The notes under the pieces are model-generated. The model was not told where the DNA came from. It worked only from the letters and a program-made list of their open reading frames with translations, and ran no database searches. A program made the translations under genes and the position numbers. A stretch of 64,000 nucleotides of DNA from NCBI GenBank assembly GCA_965279515.1, contig CBDIID010000003.1, forward strand, positions 2,496,001-2,560,000. The letters are read 5' to 3'. The stretch's first letter is position 1; every line of letters starts with the position of its first letter. Of this stretch, positions 19,170 through 29,107 are shown one piece after another. This DNA is from Turneriella sp. Its GTDB lineage: Bacteria; Spirochaetota; Leptospiria; Turneriellales; Turneriellaceae.

Positions 19170-19348
19170 ATACACGGTATTTTTCGTCACACCGCCCCTG
19201 ATTTAGTACATTCCGACAGAAGCCGCCAAAGCTATGAATTTTGGTTTTATCTGGGGAGCGGTCCTCATCTAATGCAAAAACTCATGGTCCGGAGGGTTCG
19301 CTGCGCGTAGATTTTTTCTGCGTGCGTAATAAACTATCCGAGGTAAAA

Positions 19349-19963
19349 ATGAAGACAATTTCTAAATTATTTGTATTGGCAGCTGCGGGCCTGGTTCTCG
19401 CTGCCTGCGAAAAGCCCCCTGTAGCTCAAAAAGCCGAAGCCGTATCAACAGCGCCTGTTGCAAAAGCAGAAGGTAAAGAGTACCAGATCGACGCGACTAA
19501 AAGCTCAGTTCTGTGGGTCGGCACCAAAAAAATCGGCAAGCACAACGGCACCATCGCCCTGAAATCGGGTTCTGTGTTCGTTAAAGACGGAGCGATCGTT
19601 GCGGGTAAATTCGTCACCGACATGAAAACACTCGACGACAAAGACATGACGGGCGAAAACCACGACAAACTCGTAAAACACCTCAAAAGCCCTGACTTTT
19701 TCGACGTTGAACAATTCCCCGAAGGCGTTTTCGAAATTACCAGCGTATCAGGCAAGACCATCAACGGTAACCTGACACTCAAAGGTAAACCTTACGGCAT
19801 CAGCTTTGACGCAGATGTGGTATTCGAAAAAGACGCACCGAAAAGCGCGAAGACAACATTCAATATCGATCGTACAAAGTGGGGTATTGTTTATCCGGGT
19901 ATGCCAGACAACCTGATCAACGATACAATCAACCTGACACTCGATCTCAAAATCAAGAAATAA
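19349..19963 (+). CDS. YceI-family lipid/polyisoprenoid-binding lipoprotein
   Basis: LAAC lipobox; HLKSPDFFDVEQFP, GNLTLKG, IDRTKWG. Confidence 0.9.
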   Translation: MKTISKLFVLAAAGLVLAACEKPPVAQKAEAVSTAPVAKAEGKEYQIDATKSSVLWVGTKKIGKHNGTIALKSGSVFVKDGAIVAGKFVTDMKTLDDKDMTGENHDKLVKHLKSPDFFDVEQFPEGVFEITSVSGKTINGNLTLKGKPYGISFDADVVFEKDAPKSAKTTFNIDRTKWGIVYPGMPDNLINDTINLTLDLKIKK

Positions 19964-19985
19964 TCTTCCCTAAGGTTATTTGACG

Positions 19986-20009
19986 AGGGCGGGTAACCGC
20001 CCTTTTTTT
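19986..20009 (+). terminator. Rho-independent terminator
   Basis: agggcgg-gtaa-ccgccct followed by a T run. Confidence 0.85.
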
Positions 20010-20014
20010 ATGCC

Positions 20015-21085
20015 TTAACGAACCAGAAGCTCGTCGAGTGAAAAGATTTCGATTTCCTGCATCTTGCCGCGCACACCCGAATGTTCGACTTTGCGGCATT
20101 TGATGAGATTACCCAATCTGTGGCGCGTATTGCCGTCGATGAGGATATCCACCTTGGCTTCTTTGGTCATCGATTCAAGGCGGCTCGCCGTATTCACGGG
20201 GTCGCCTAACACCGTGTATTCCATGCGCCGCACCGAACCGATATTGCCGGCAAAAACCTTACCCGTAGCAATGCCCATGCCGACGCGAATCGGCTCGATG
20301 ATGTAGTCAGGCCGAACGTCATTGAATGTGGCGAGATGATTGCGAATCTGCAGCGCACATTTGGCCGCGTTCAGCACATCGTTTTCCGTCGGAACCGGGC
20401 AACCGAATGTAGACATGATACCGTCGCCCAGCATCTTGTTCACAGAGCCTTTATTCCCGTAGACAAGATCCATGATGTCGGTGAAAAATTCGCTGAGGAA
20501 TTCGGCAAAAATCTGCGGCTCGAGATTCTCTGCGATCGTTGTCGAGCGGCGTACGTCGAAGAACATAATCGTCGCTTCCTGGTGGCGGCCGCTGAGACTG
20601 TTGGCGTGCTCGTCCTGTAAAATACCTTCGACGATATCTTCGGAAAAATATTTTGTCAAAAGCTTGCGGTCGTTCTTTAGCCGCTGTTTCATCCAGGTCA
20701 GCTCGAGTTTGGCACGTTTGAGTTCGAGCAGATTGGTCAGGCGGTGCGACAGCTCGGTTTTCCCCTGGTCGGTACGCACGACATCGTCGTACTGCGATGC
20801 GCTTGCCCCAGCCGATGCGCTGCTGAGCAATACAAAACTTGCCCCGAACATGTGGCTTGCTTTTTTCAGCTCTTCAAGGCTATCGACCTTCGTTACATAT
20901 TCAGACGAAACGAAAACAAAATCGGGCTTGAGCTCATTCGCTTTCTGCACAGCGGCAACGATGTCGTTCACCGTCGTCAGTTCGCAACCCGTATCGGGCA
21001 AAAGCGGCTGAATGAGATCGCGCTCGTGTTTCTCTCCTTCGACAAGAAGAATTTTGGTAATCTGCGATTCGAGTTCTTCGCTCAT
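20015..21085 (-). CDS. Class III adenylate cyclase with a pseudo-receiver domain
   Basis: FDVRRST, NKMLGDG, EYTVLGDPVNTASRLE; receiver has PDFVFVS where the phospho-Asp is expected. Confidence 0.88.
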   Translation of the reverse strand: MSEELESQITKILLVEGEKHERDLIQPLLPDTGCELTTVNDIVAAVQKANELKPDFVFVSSEYVTKVDSLEELKKASHMFGASFVLLSSASAGASASQYDDVVRTDQGKTELSHRLTNLLELKRAKLELTWMKQRLKNDRKLLTKYFSEDIVEGILQDEHANSLSGRHQEATIMFFDVRRSTTIAENLEPQIFAEFLSEFFTDIMDLVYGNKGSVNKMLGDGIMSTFGCPVPTENDVLNAAKCALQIRNHLATFNDVRPDYIIEPIRVGMGIATGKVFAGNIGSVRRMEYTVLGDPVNTASRLESMTKEAKVDILIDGNTRHRLGNLIKCRKVEHSGVRGKMQEIEIFSLDELLVR

Positions 21086-23667
21086 TTTTTAGCCGCCCCA
21101 TCCGGTAGGAATATTTTAAATTCGCAGAACTTGCCCGCTTCGAAGCTGAGCTCGACCTTTCCGCCGAGTGAGTGCACCTTTTCTTTTATGATGTCCATGC
21201 CGATACCGCGGCCCGCGTTGAGCGTGGTCTGCTCGGCGGTGCTGATGCCCGGGATAAAAATCACACCAGCCACCGTGCCTGCATCCCACTTCGCGACTTC
21301 TTCGGCGGTATATTTGCCGGACTCAATCGCTTTGCGCCGCAGTTTATCGATCTGCAGGCCGCGTCCGTCGTCACGGAAAATCAGTTCGATGCCCGATGCA
21401 GCTTTTCTTGTCGCGAGCTGTATCTTACCTGTCTCGTTCTTGCCGGCCTTTTTCCTGTCTTCGGGGGATTCGAGCCCATGCGACAGGGAATTCCGCGTCA
21501 ATTGAATGAGAATATCCTTCATGAGTTTGCGGTGAGCCGCAGGCACCATGTCAGGATCAAAATCATCGAAGTTGAGTTCGGCCTTCTTGTTCATCTCTGC
21601 GGCGAGCTTCTGCACGTTCGACTCGACTGCGCGCACGAGTAAGTCGACGTTCTTCTTCTCACCGGAGAATGTTGCCTGGAACTGTGTGATACGCTGGATC
21701 AGGGATTTCACCTCGCGCAGTGTCTCTATCATTTCGTTGAGCTTGAGGACCAGCGGCAAGAAGTCCTGACCGCTCAGGTCGGTCTTCTGTTGCAGCTCGC
21801 CGACCTTTTCTTCGTACTCATGCGCTTTACCGGCGAAGAATTTCAGATTGAGAATCGACGCATTGCCCTTGATGGTGTGCATCGCGCGGTAGATGATCGC
21901 GAGTTTTTCCTTGAGTGGCAGGTTTTGGCCGCCCGGCTTTAAGGTCTCGTTGATGAGAGTGATATCCTCTTCCATGTCGGAGATAAACTCGCTCAGCATA
22001 CGCGGTTCAACATGCAGAATGCCGAACAGCATTTCCATCTGGCCGGCGTTCTTTTCTTCGGTCTCTTTCAGTTTTCTGTCAAGCAACACTTGTTTTGTCA
22101 CATCGGTCACGGTCGACATCAGGTGTTTGATGGCACCCTCAGCCATAATCCGCTGGAATTTAAACTGCAGGAATTTTTGTTTAGCGCCGCCCGAACCCTC
22201 GAAGTTAATTTCTGTCTCGCGGAGCGGGTTAATATTATTCATCACCGCTTCTTTGATTTCAGGCTTAAACATGAGCTCGAGATAATCAGTGGTCTTCTTC
22301 ATGGAAGATTCGGGCAGGCCCTTTTTCAGAACCGCGAGAATATCTTTATTCCCGAGCCCCTGGCTTGCAAACATATCTTCCAGCGCCTTCGAATACTGGC
22401 TGCCGATCTTATAGGAATTCCCGTCTTTTTGAACCAGAAAGAGCCCCTGGCCGACAGTATTCATAATCCTGTCGGTTTCTTCTTTTGCCGTGGTGAGAGC
22501 TCCGTTTGCCTGGGATAATTCCGTTGTACGCTCTGCGACCTTCACTTCGAGATTTTCTGCGTAATCTTTGAGCCCCTTCTGGGCATCCCTGAATGCAATC
22601 CGCAACGAGTCGAACATATCAGAAAGAAAACCAATCTCATCTTTTGAAGTTGAAATAATCTGGTGCTCAAGGTTGCCCTGTTTTACCTGTTCGACATCTT
22701 TGACGAGGTGGTTTACCGATCGCGTGAGACCACGCGAGAAAAATACCGCCATGACAAAGGCAAAAATGATACCGCCAATACCGGTAACAATAATGATAAA
22801 TTCGATGCGATAGAGCAGCGCCAGCTGTTTATCTTTAGAAGAGGCGATGATGAATCCCGCCTCGGGTACATTCTCGATGCCCCCCGCGATAGCGAGGTAC
22901 GATTCGCCGCCAACACTCAGCGAAAAAGTCTGTGAATGTTTGCTTTTACCTTCGCCGGTTTCGTTTTGAATTTTATCCTTCACTGTCTGTAAGATCTTCA
23001 CGACATCTGGCGCGAGTTCTTTCGAGAAAGCAGATGCGACGATTTTATCTTTGCTGAAAAAAGTAATGCGGTTACCGCTGAGCTCCTCGATTTTATAGGC
23101 GAACTTATCGCCGACTTCGTTACCCGCGAGCAGAACGGCGTCAGACCCGAGAAGCGGCAATGCCACGAGTTGATACAGTTTTCCATCCTCGTTCCACATG
23201 CCGAGGTAACGGCCATTTTCGACGGTCTTTTGCAGTAGCCCCTGGTACTGGCTGGGTACGGTCTTGCCGAGATTTTCAGGATGGATGCTGTCTATAAGCA
23301 CACGGCCAGAAAAGCTGACTGCCATTAGAAAATCGTATTCCGTGAGTTTTTTGAACCCCGCGGCGATCTTTGCGGAAGTCGCCGGAGCCGCTTTTAGATC
23401 TCGCTGGAAATTCGGGTTTTGAATGAAAAATTGCGTACGCGCGAGTACCTGTTCGAGTTTCGCGTCGTTGAGCTCTATATACGCCGTGGCAGCCGCATCG
23501 AGTTGGGTGAGAATATTCTTATTAACCTGACTGCGCACACCCTGGTCGATGAACAGCAGGCTGACCGCAGACAGAATGAGGACGATCGTAACGATCGCGA
23601 CAAGAATCTTACGCCGAAGGCCTGCCTGAGACAGGCCCTCGATGAGCGCTCTAATATTCTTTGTCAT
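21082..23667 (-). CDS. Membrane sensor kinase: TM-Cache-like-TM-HAMP-(PAS-like)-Hpt-CheA-type HATPase, no CheW domain
   Basis: HAMP (SKDEIGFLSDMF), Hpt YRAMHTIKG, RNSLSHGLE, DDGRGL, GRGIGMD; ends right after the HATPase. Confidence 0.85.
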   Translation of the reverse strand: MTKNIRALIEGLSQAGLRRKILVAIVTIVLILSAVSLLFIDQGVRSQVNKNILTQLDAAATAYIELNDAKLEQVLARTQFFIQNPNFQRDLKAAPATSAKIAAGFKKLTEYDFLMAVSFSGRVLIDSIHPENLGKTVPSQYQGLLQKTVENGRYLGMWNEDGKLYQLVALPLLGSDAVLLAGNEVGDKFAYKIEELSGNRITFFSKDKIVASAFSKELAPDVVKILQTVKDKIQNETGEGKSKHSQTFSLSVGGESYLAIAGGIENVPEAGFIIASSKDKQLALLYRIEFIIIVTGIGGIIFAFVMAVFFSRGLTRSVNHLVKDVEQVKQGNLEHQIISTSKDEIGFLSDMFDSLRIAFRDAQKGLKDYAENLEVKVAERTTELSQANGALTTAKEETDRIMNTVGQGLFLVQKDGNSYKIGSQYSKALEDMFASQGLGNKDILAVLKKGLPESSMKKTTDYLELMFKPEIKEAVMNNINPLRETEINFEGSGGAKQKFLQFKFQRIMAEGAIKHLMSTVTDVTKQVLLDRKLKETEEKNAGQMEMLFGILHVEPRMLSEFISDMEEDITLINETLKPGGQNLPLKEKLAIIYRAMHTIKGNASILNLKFFAGKAHEYEEKVGELQQKTDLSGQDFLPLVLKLNEMIETLREVKSLIQRITQFQATFSGEKKNVDLLVRAVESNVQKLAAEMNKKAELNFDDFDPDMVPAAHRKLMKDILIQLTRNSLSHGLESPEDRKKAGKNETGKIQLATRKAASGIELIFRDDGRGLQIDKLRRKAIESGKYTAEEVAKWDAGTVAGVIFIPGISTAEQTTLNAGRGIGMDIIKEKVHSLGGKVELSFEAGKFCEFKIFLPDGAAKK

Positions 23668-24319
23668 ATGCCTTGCCGTATTTGTTTTTATGCTTAATAC
23701 TGAAGACGCTTTCCTCCACCTCAAAATTTATGTTAATTGTTTTGCCGTCGACAACCGCGATACCGCGCTTTTCTGAAGCGCCCGTCGGTTGCCATGCAAC
23801 GAACGTATATTTACCTGCGGGAATGTTGCTGATCCGGAACTTGCCATCCTTACCGGTTTTGGCGAAGTACGGGTTCGGCACTACAAGAACATCCGCCACC
23901 ATGTTGGAGTGGATGTTGCAGTAGACGCGCACCGCGCCCGATTTGGCAAAGCGCACGTTCTTAGACTTGCCGGTGCCATAATAATCGAGATCAAACTTAT
24001 ATTCGGGAGTCGGTGAGAAAACATTATGGTTGAACGGGTCATCGTTGGGAAACTCGACCACACCGCCCATGACAATCGGCAGCACCCGTGGTGAGAACTG
24101 TTTACCTTTCTGTACAATCTGCGCCTTACCGTTCGGGTTCGGTTGCTGCAGCTCTTCGAGGAAGATAACGACATTCGATGAATCACCTTTCGCACCTTCT
24201 TTACCGAAGAGGCCCTTCGATTTAACTGTAACCTGACCTTCGATATTACCGCCGGCATAGACCGTGCCGCACAGCGCCAGGGCGCATACGGTGATGAGTT
24301 TCTTATTTATCTGGAACAT
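23651..24319 (-). CDS. Exported cupredoxin-like protein with a carboxypeptidase-regulatory-like domain ('methylamine utilization protein'-like)
   Basis: Signal peptide; FPNDDPFNHNVFS and CNIHSNM type-1 Cu ligand set. Confidence 0.8.
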   Translation of the reverse strand: MFQINKKLITVCALALCGTVYAGGNIEGQVTVKSKGLFGKEGAKGDSSNVVIFLEELQQPNPNGKAQIVQKGKQFSPRVLPIVMGGVVEFPNDDPFNHNVFSPTPEYKFDLDYYGTGKSKNVRFAKSGAVRVYCNIHSNMVADVLVVPNPYFAKTGKDGKFRISNIPAGKYTFVAWQPTGASEKRGIAVVDGKTININFEVEESVFSIKHKNKYGKAYDKEY

Positions 24320-24457
24320 TTCCCCTCCGGAATTGAATAATAGGACACGTCACCCGGACGCCTTCCGGGTTACAATCTTTTTTTGTGGAAAAATAGGCTG
24401 TTTTAGCTATACCAACGAAAACATTTACGCCCGGCCATGGCTTTAGAGCGGTGACCC

Positions 24458-26155
24458 ATGATCCAAAGCAACTACTTCACCGATAATACTGACCTGCAGC
24501 AACAGTTCCATGAAATCGTCGACTGGAATGAAATCATCGCCACTTACGAAAACGGTTTTGCCGACGCGGCCGAATTCCAGAAAAGTAAAAATCCGCGCCT
24601 CGAAATGGCGCCGTCGTCGAATGAAGAGGCCCTGCAATATTACAAAGAGATTCTGCATTCGGCGGGCGAGATTGCCGGCAAGCATGTCTCGCAGGCCGCG
24701 CGCGACATCGACCGCGAGGGTTTAAGATTTGAAAACGGCAATGTCACACATCCACAGAAGATGATGGATGTGATTAACAAATACCGCGAAGCGGGATTAC
24801 CCCCGATCGCGTTTCGGCGCCAGTACGGCGGCCTGGGTTTGCCCAGCGTCATCAAGGCATTGGCTTCCGAACTCATGTATCGCGGCGACACTTCCACAAC
24901 GATTGCCATGGGCAGCATGGGTCTCGCCGGCATTCTCGAAAAACACGCCTCCGAAGAAGCCAAACAAAAGTGGATTCCTAAACTCATCAGTGAAAATTAC
25001 TGCGTGGCGATGGGACTCTCCGAACCCGACTTTGGCTCCGACCTGCCCTCTGTTCGCACAAAGGCCGTGAAACGCGACGGCAAATGGTATCTCACGGGCA
25101 CCAAACGTTTTCAAACCGTTGCCTGCGGCCTCAACGGCGGCCCGGCGATCATGCTCGCGCTCGCGCGCACCGGCGAAGGTTCGGGCGGCGCACGGGGGTT
25201 ATCCTTCTTTATAGTGGAACGCAAAGACTACAAGATCACCGGCATCGAAAAAAAGCTGGGATTAAAAGCTTCGGCAACCTGTGAAGTCGCGCTCGAAGAC
25301 TCGCCGGGCGAACTTGTGGGCCAGGAAGGTTATGGCCTCGTGCGTTATGTCATCGGCATGCTGAACGGCGCGCGCATGGGCATCGCCGCGCAGGGTGTCG
25401 GCATCTCCACAGGCGCGTACATGGAAGCGAAAAAGTACGCCTCTGAACGCATCCAGTTCGGCAAACCCATCGACCAGATTCCCGCCGTGGCGCGCATGCT
25501 GTCGCGTATGGAACGCGAGATTGCGGCGATGCGTTGCCTCATGATCGAGGGTGCCTCGATCGTCGACCGCTACCAGTGCCCCGAGTTCAGCGGCAAGGTC
25601 AGCGAAGACTCGAAATTCTGGGAAAAAATCGCCAACACGCTGACTCCCATTTCGAAGTATTATAATTCCGAAATGTGCAATGAGCTCGTCGACGATGCGC
25701 TGCAGGTATTCGGTGGTTCGGGTTATACCGAAGACTATGACCTCGCCCGCCTCTACCGCGACGCACGCATCACGAACATCTATGACGGCACGACGCAGAT
25801 CCAGGTCAATGCAGCGATAGGCGGAGTGATCGCCGGCATGGCGCCCCATGGCCAGTGGCGGCAATACCTCGATTCATTGACAGAGCTTGTCGGCAAAAAT
25901 GAAACCATCGCTGAGATTCGTGCCCGGTTTGAAGACGTGGTAGAAGCGTGGCGCAAGTTCGAGGCGCGTGAAGTTAAAGAGGGCATGTCATTCGAAGTCG
26001 TCGAGTCCGCGGCGCGGCTAGTCAACAGCCTGCTACTCGAAAAGGCTGCGCTCAGGGCAAAAAATCCCGAAGCGCGCAAGAAACTCAACCGCGAGTACCA
26101 TATCGACTCGCTGGCGATTGTGACGGGAAATGGGATCAGGCTGAGGGCGGCGTAG
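24458..26155 (+). CDS. Acyl-CoA dehydrogenase
   Basis: MGLSEPDFGSDL, EKKLGLKASAT, ERIQFGKPI, QVFGGSGY, RDARITNIYDGT. Confidence 0.92.
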   Translation: MIQSNYFTDNTDLQQQFHEIVDWNEIIATYENGFADAAEFQKSKNPRLEMAPSSNEEALQYYKEILHSAGEIAGKHVSQAARDIDREGLRFENGNVTHPQKMMDVINKYREAGLPPIAFRRQYGGLGLPSVIKALASELMYRGDTSTTIAMGSMGLAGILEKHASEEAKQKWIPKLISENYCVAMGLSEPDFGSDLPSVRTKAVKRDGKWYLTGTKRFQTVACGLNGGPAIMLALARTGEGSGGARGLSFFIVERKDYKITGIEKKLGLKASATCEVALEDSPGELVGQEGYGLVRYVIGMLNGARMGIAAQGVGISTGAYMEAKKYASERIQFGKPIDQIPAVARMLSRMEREIAAMRCLMIEGASIVDRYQCPEFSGKVSEDSKFWEKIANTLTPISKYYNSEMCNELVDDALQVFGGSGYTEDYDLARLYRDARITNIYDGTTQIQVNAAIGGVIAGMAPHGQWRQYLDSLTELVGKNETIAEIRARFEDVVEAWRKFEAREVKEGMSFEVVESAARLVNSLLLEKAALRAKNPEARKKLNREYHIDSLAIVTGNGIRLRAA

Positions 26156-26158
26156 CAA

Positions 26159-27619
26159 CTATGGCCAGCCGGTAGTCGTACCGCAGATATTTGCAGTTCC
26201 TGAACAAGGGCCTGTTGTCAGCGAGGTTGATAGGGCTTCACCCTCAAGCGCTTTAAGGAAATTCACCAGATCTTCCATTTCCTCATTCGTCATATGGCGC
26301 GTCGTGAGAATTGTATCTTTAGTACCCGGGAAGTTTCCTGCATTTCCTGCAAAGTTATAAAAATTTGCGACGTCCCAGAGACTCGAAAAAGTTCCATTAT
26401 GAAAGTATGGCGGGGTTTTGTTAACGGACCTTAATGTCGGCGTTTTAAACGCTCCGGTATCTGAGGTAGCTGCGGTCAAACTACTAACCTTATCGGTTGC
26501 GGCACCAGATGAATCGAAGGTAGTTGTCGTATTAAAGGCTCCGTTATCCGCAACACTCTTGAGCTTTTCAATACCCGAAAACCGCCCTTGATCGTTCGAA
26601 CCTGACAAGCCACCAACCTGTGGTACTCCTAAGTTATGAAATTTACCATCTGAAAAATTACTTCCACTATGGCACCGGATACAATTCCCCTTACCAATAA
26701 ATATCTTCAGACCACGTTTTTGTGAAACGCTCATGGCATCTTCATTTCCATTCGCCCATTGATCAAAGGAAGAGTTCTTAGAAACTAACTTGCGCTCATA
26801 GGCGGCTATAGCCTTGCCAAAATTTGCAAACATGGTATTCACGTGTACTTCATTGGCAGCACTCAGGCTATCAAAAGTAGTCGTACCGGTAATCAGGTTA
26901 CCACTGGTATCGTAATGTTTACCGTAAGAATTGGTTGACGTTGGCTGGCAATTAGTCGCTCCATTGTTACATAAGGTATCTAGGACTACGGAAGTTTGAA
27001 GCGGGCAAAGCGCTGTAGTTTCAGGCGTTGAGACTCCGCCGCCAAAAACGTTTATATATTCATCGTGATATACAGTATTTTTGCAAATGACCCAAGCCAC
27101 CCCCATTCTGCCAAAGTTTTGGGGATTACCCTCAATAGCGGGTCTTGCCACAGCCCAAACAGAGTCTGCAGAGCCGTCCCATAAAGAATACGTATTGTGC
27201 GCTGTGTTCAAAATAGTCGGACTATTTCGCGAAGTAAAATTTGCGCCTAAAGAAACATCATTGGGTTTCGAAGTATTATCCGCCCAACCAAAACTGGGGT
27301 TGTGGCAGGTGACGCAGCTTATTTTCCTTTCCTGAGCGACAGAAAAATCCGTGCTTGAATTGGCGGGTGTTGTCGTTCTGTTTCCAGTGATAGATATTGA
27401 TCCCGAAAACTGTCTATCCCAGAAAAATTTCTGTCCTAATGTCGCGGCGGTATCGCTCTGATCAAAATTATTCGTCGGATCATCCGGCGGATCGGTATAA
27501 ATCAGGGTCTTGATTATTTCCCTATCCGTATCCGAAAAAAGCACATCCCCGTCGTCCTGTGTCGCGCAAGCCGACAGCAGCAAAAGGGCCGCAGATGATA
27601 CCAGTAGTTTTTTCTTCAT
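26159..27619 (-). CDS. Di-haem cytochrome c peroxidase/MauG-family lipoprotein
   Basis: LSAC lipobox; CVTCH, RNSPT, WDG, CIRCH, FKTPTLR...PYFHNG. Confidence 0.9.
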   Translation of the reverse strand: MKKKLLVSSAALLLLSACATQDDGDVLFSDTDREIIKTLIYTDPPDDPTNNFDQSDTAATLGQKFFWDRQFSGSISITGNRTTTPANSSTDFSVAQERKISCVTCHNPSFGWADNTSKPNDVSLGANFTSRNSPTILNTAHNTYSLWDGSADSVWAVARPAIEGNPQNFGRMGVAWVICKNTVYHDEYINVFGGGVSTPETTALCPLQTSVVLDTLCNNGATNCQPTSTNSYGKHYDTSGNLITGTTTFDSLSAANEVHVNTMFANFGKAIAAYERKLVSKNSSFDQWANGNEDAMSVSQKRGLKIFIGKGNCIRCHSGSNFSDGKFHNLGVPQVGGLSGSNDQGRFSGIEKLKSVADNGAFNTTTTFDSSGAATDKVSSLTAATSDTGAFKTPTLRSVNKTPPYFHNGTFSSLWDVANFYNFAGNAGNFPGTKDTILTTRHMTNEEMEDLVNFLKALEGEALSTSLTTGPCSGTANICGTTTGWP

Positions 27620-27629
27620 ACCATCCCCC

Positions 27630-29105
27630 TTAAAATTTTGCCACCAGCGATGACGTGAAGATATTGTTATTGAACGAATAATTGCTCAGCACACCGACCT
27701 CGAGATTCACGGAATACTCCGCCTTGAAAATGATATTTTCTGTAATATCGACACGCACACCCGGCGTAATCTGAGCGACGTCGACCACGAATACATACTT
27801 CGGATCGATCTCGCGCGCTACGCGGCGGCTGAAACGAGTGTAAATGCCAAAGGTATTCACGAGATCAAAGAGTCCCGGAAAGGAGTACATCCCCTCGATA
27901 TACCATGCCTCGGCCACGTAGTTCTTCGCTTCGTTGATGCCACCGCCATCGGTGTTGATCTTGAACCACTGCCCGCGGATCTGCAGTGCCTTCCAGGCTA
28001 CTTGCAGATCGGGACCGAAATCCCATTGTTTGGGATTGTTCGATGACTGCGCGTCCTGCGGCCCCCACGAGCCGGATGCACCGATTTCGAGCAGCGTGAT
28101 GGGCCCGAAGGCAAAATCATAGCTGAGGCGGCCCGCAACCGTTTTTCCGGTATTGCTCTCGACGGACTCAAAGATGCGCGTATCGGGTGTGAAAGAATTG
28201 CCGTTGGTGAGACCCACGTTCCAGACGAAGCGTTTGTCAAAATGTTTTCCGCGCACCTTTACCCCGATCGGGTTACCGTCCATATAACGACCGACCAGCG
28301 TCGGCGTTACTGTCCAGCGGTCGGGGGCGCGACGCCAGCGGTATTCGATACCGGTGATGCCGATGAACTTACCGGCGGTGAGAGTGATGTCGTACTGCTG
28401 AAAAGGTTTGTAGTCGATAAAGGCCATGTCGAGATTTACAAAGTTACCGTTACCGGTGACGTTCTGCACGACATTCTGGCGCAGCAGAAACTCTGTCGAA
28501 ACCTGCATGCGCACCTTTTCGTGGATCTCGGCAATCATGTCGATGGTAGCGCTGTTAATGGTCGCCATCGGCGCACCCTTGCCCTGCATCGTATCAAACG
28601 CGAGGGGAAAGTTACCCGCCTCGCCCAGATCATGCGCTTCATGGCGCGTGTTCATATAAGTTGAGGCAGGGTCGCCGAGAAAAACCGCCGTCTTATCGGC
28701 GTACTCGGGAAAATAGTTATTCACATCTTTTTGGAAACCCACGCCCTTATTTTGCGCGAAGGAGAAACCCATATCGAGAAAGCCCGTAATAAGAAACGAC
28801 GGTGCTGCCTTAGCGGCAGGCGCGCCGGGGGTGACTTCCGCTTCGGCAACGACATTGGTGCCGCTACCGGGTATAATTTCATCTGAAGCAGGATTTACCG
28901 CTGCGGGAACTGCTTTATTTGCAGAAGCAGCATCGACCGGGGCCGTGCGCGCCTCGGCCTTTTCAGTCTGGGTGGTCTTTTCGGCGACCTTGCGCTGTCT
29001 CGCCTTACGGCGGCGGCGCGCCGCCGAAAGCGCATCGCCCACGAGAATGAGAATGATTACAGCAAAAAATAACCTTTTGGCGGTATGTCCGGTCGATCTG
29101 AGCAT
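27630..29105 (-). CDS. Outer-membrane beta-barrel (porin-like)
   Basis: Signal peptide, Ala/Pro linker, amphipathic strands, C-terminal Phe. Confidence 0.7.
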   Translation of the reverse strand: MLRSTGHTAKRLFFAVIILILVGDALSAARRRRKARQRKVAEKTTQTEKAEARTAPVDAASANKAVPAAVNPASDEIIPGSGTNVVAEAEVTPGAPAAKAAPSFLITGFLDMGFSFAQNKGVGFQKDVNNYFPEYADKTAVFLGDPASTYMNTRHEAHDLGEAGNFPLAFDTMQGKGAPMATINSATIDMIAEIHEKVRMQVSTEFLLRQNVVQNVTGNGNFVNLDMAFIDYKPFQQYDITLTAGKFIGITGIEYRWRRAPDRWTVTPTLVGRYMDGNPIGVKVRGKHFDKRFVWNVGLTNGNSFTPDTRIFESVESNTGKTVAGRLSYDFAFGPITLLEIGASGSWGPQDAQSSNNPKQWDFGPDLQVAWKALQIRGQWFKINTDGGGINEAKNYVAEAWYIEGMYSFPGLFDLVNTFGIYTRFSRRVAREIDPKYVFVVDVAQITPGVRVDITENIIFKAEYSVNLEVGVLSNYSFNNNIFTSSLVAKF

Positions 29106-29107
29106 AG

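Noticed and set aside
19170..19348. Long leader before yceI with TTATC...GGAGGG, suggestive of a SAM riboswitch
   Set aside because: Could not find the remaining S-box core elements or a closing P1 helix.
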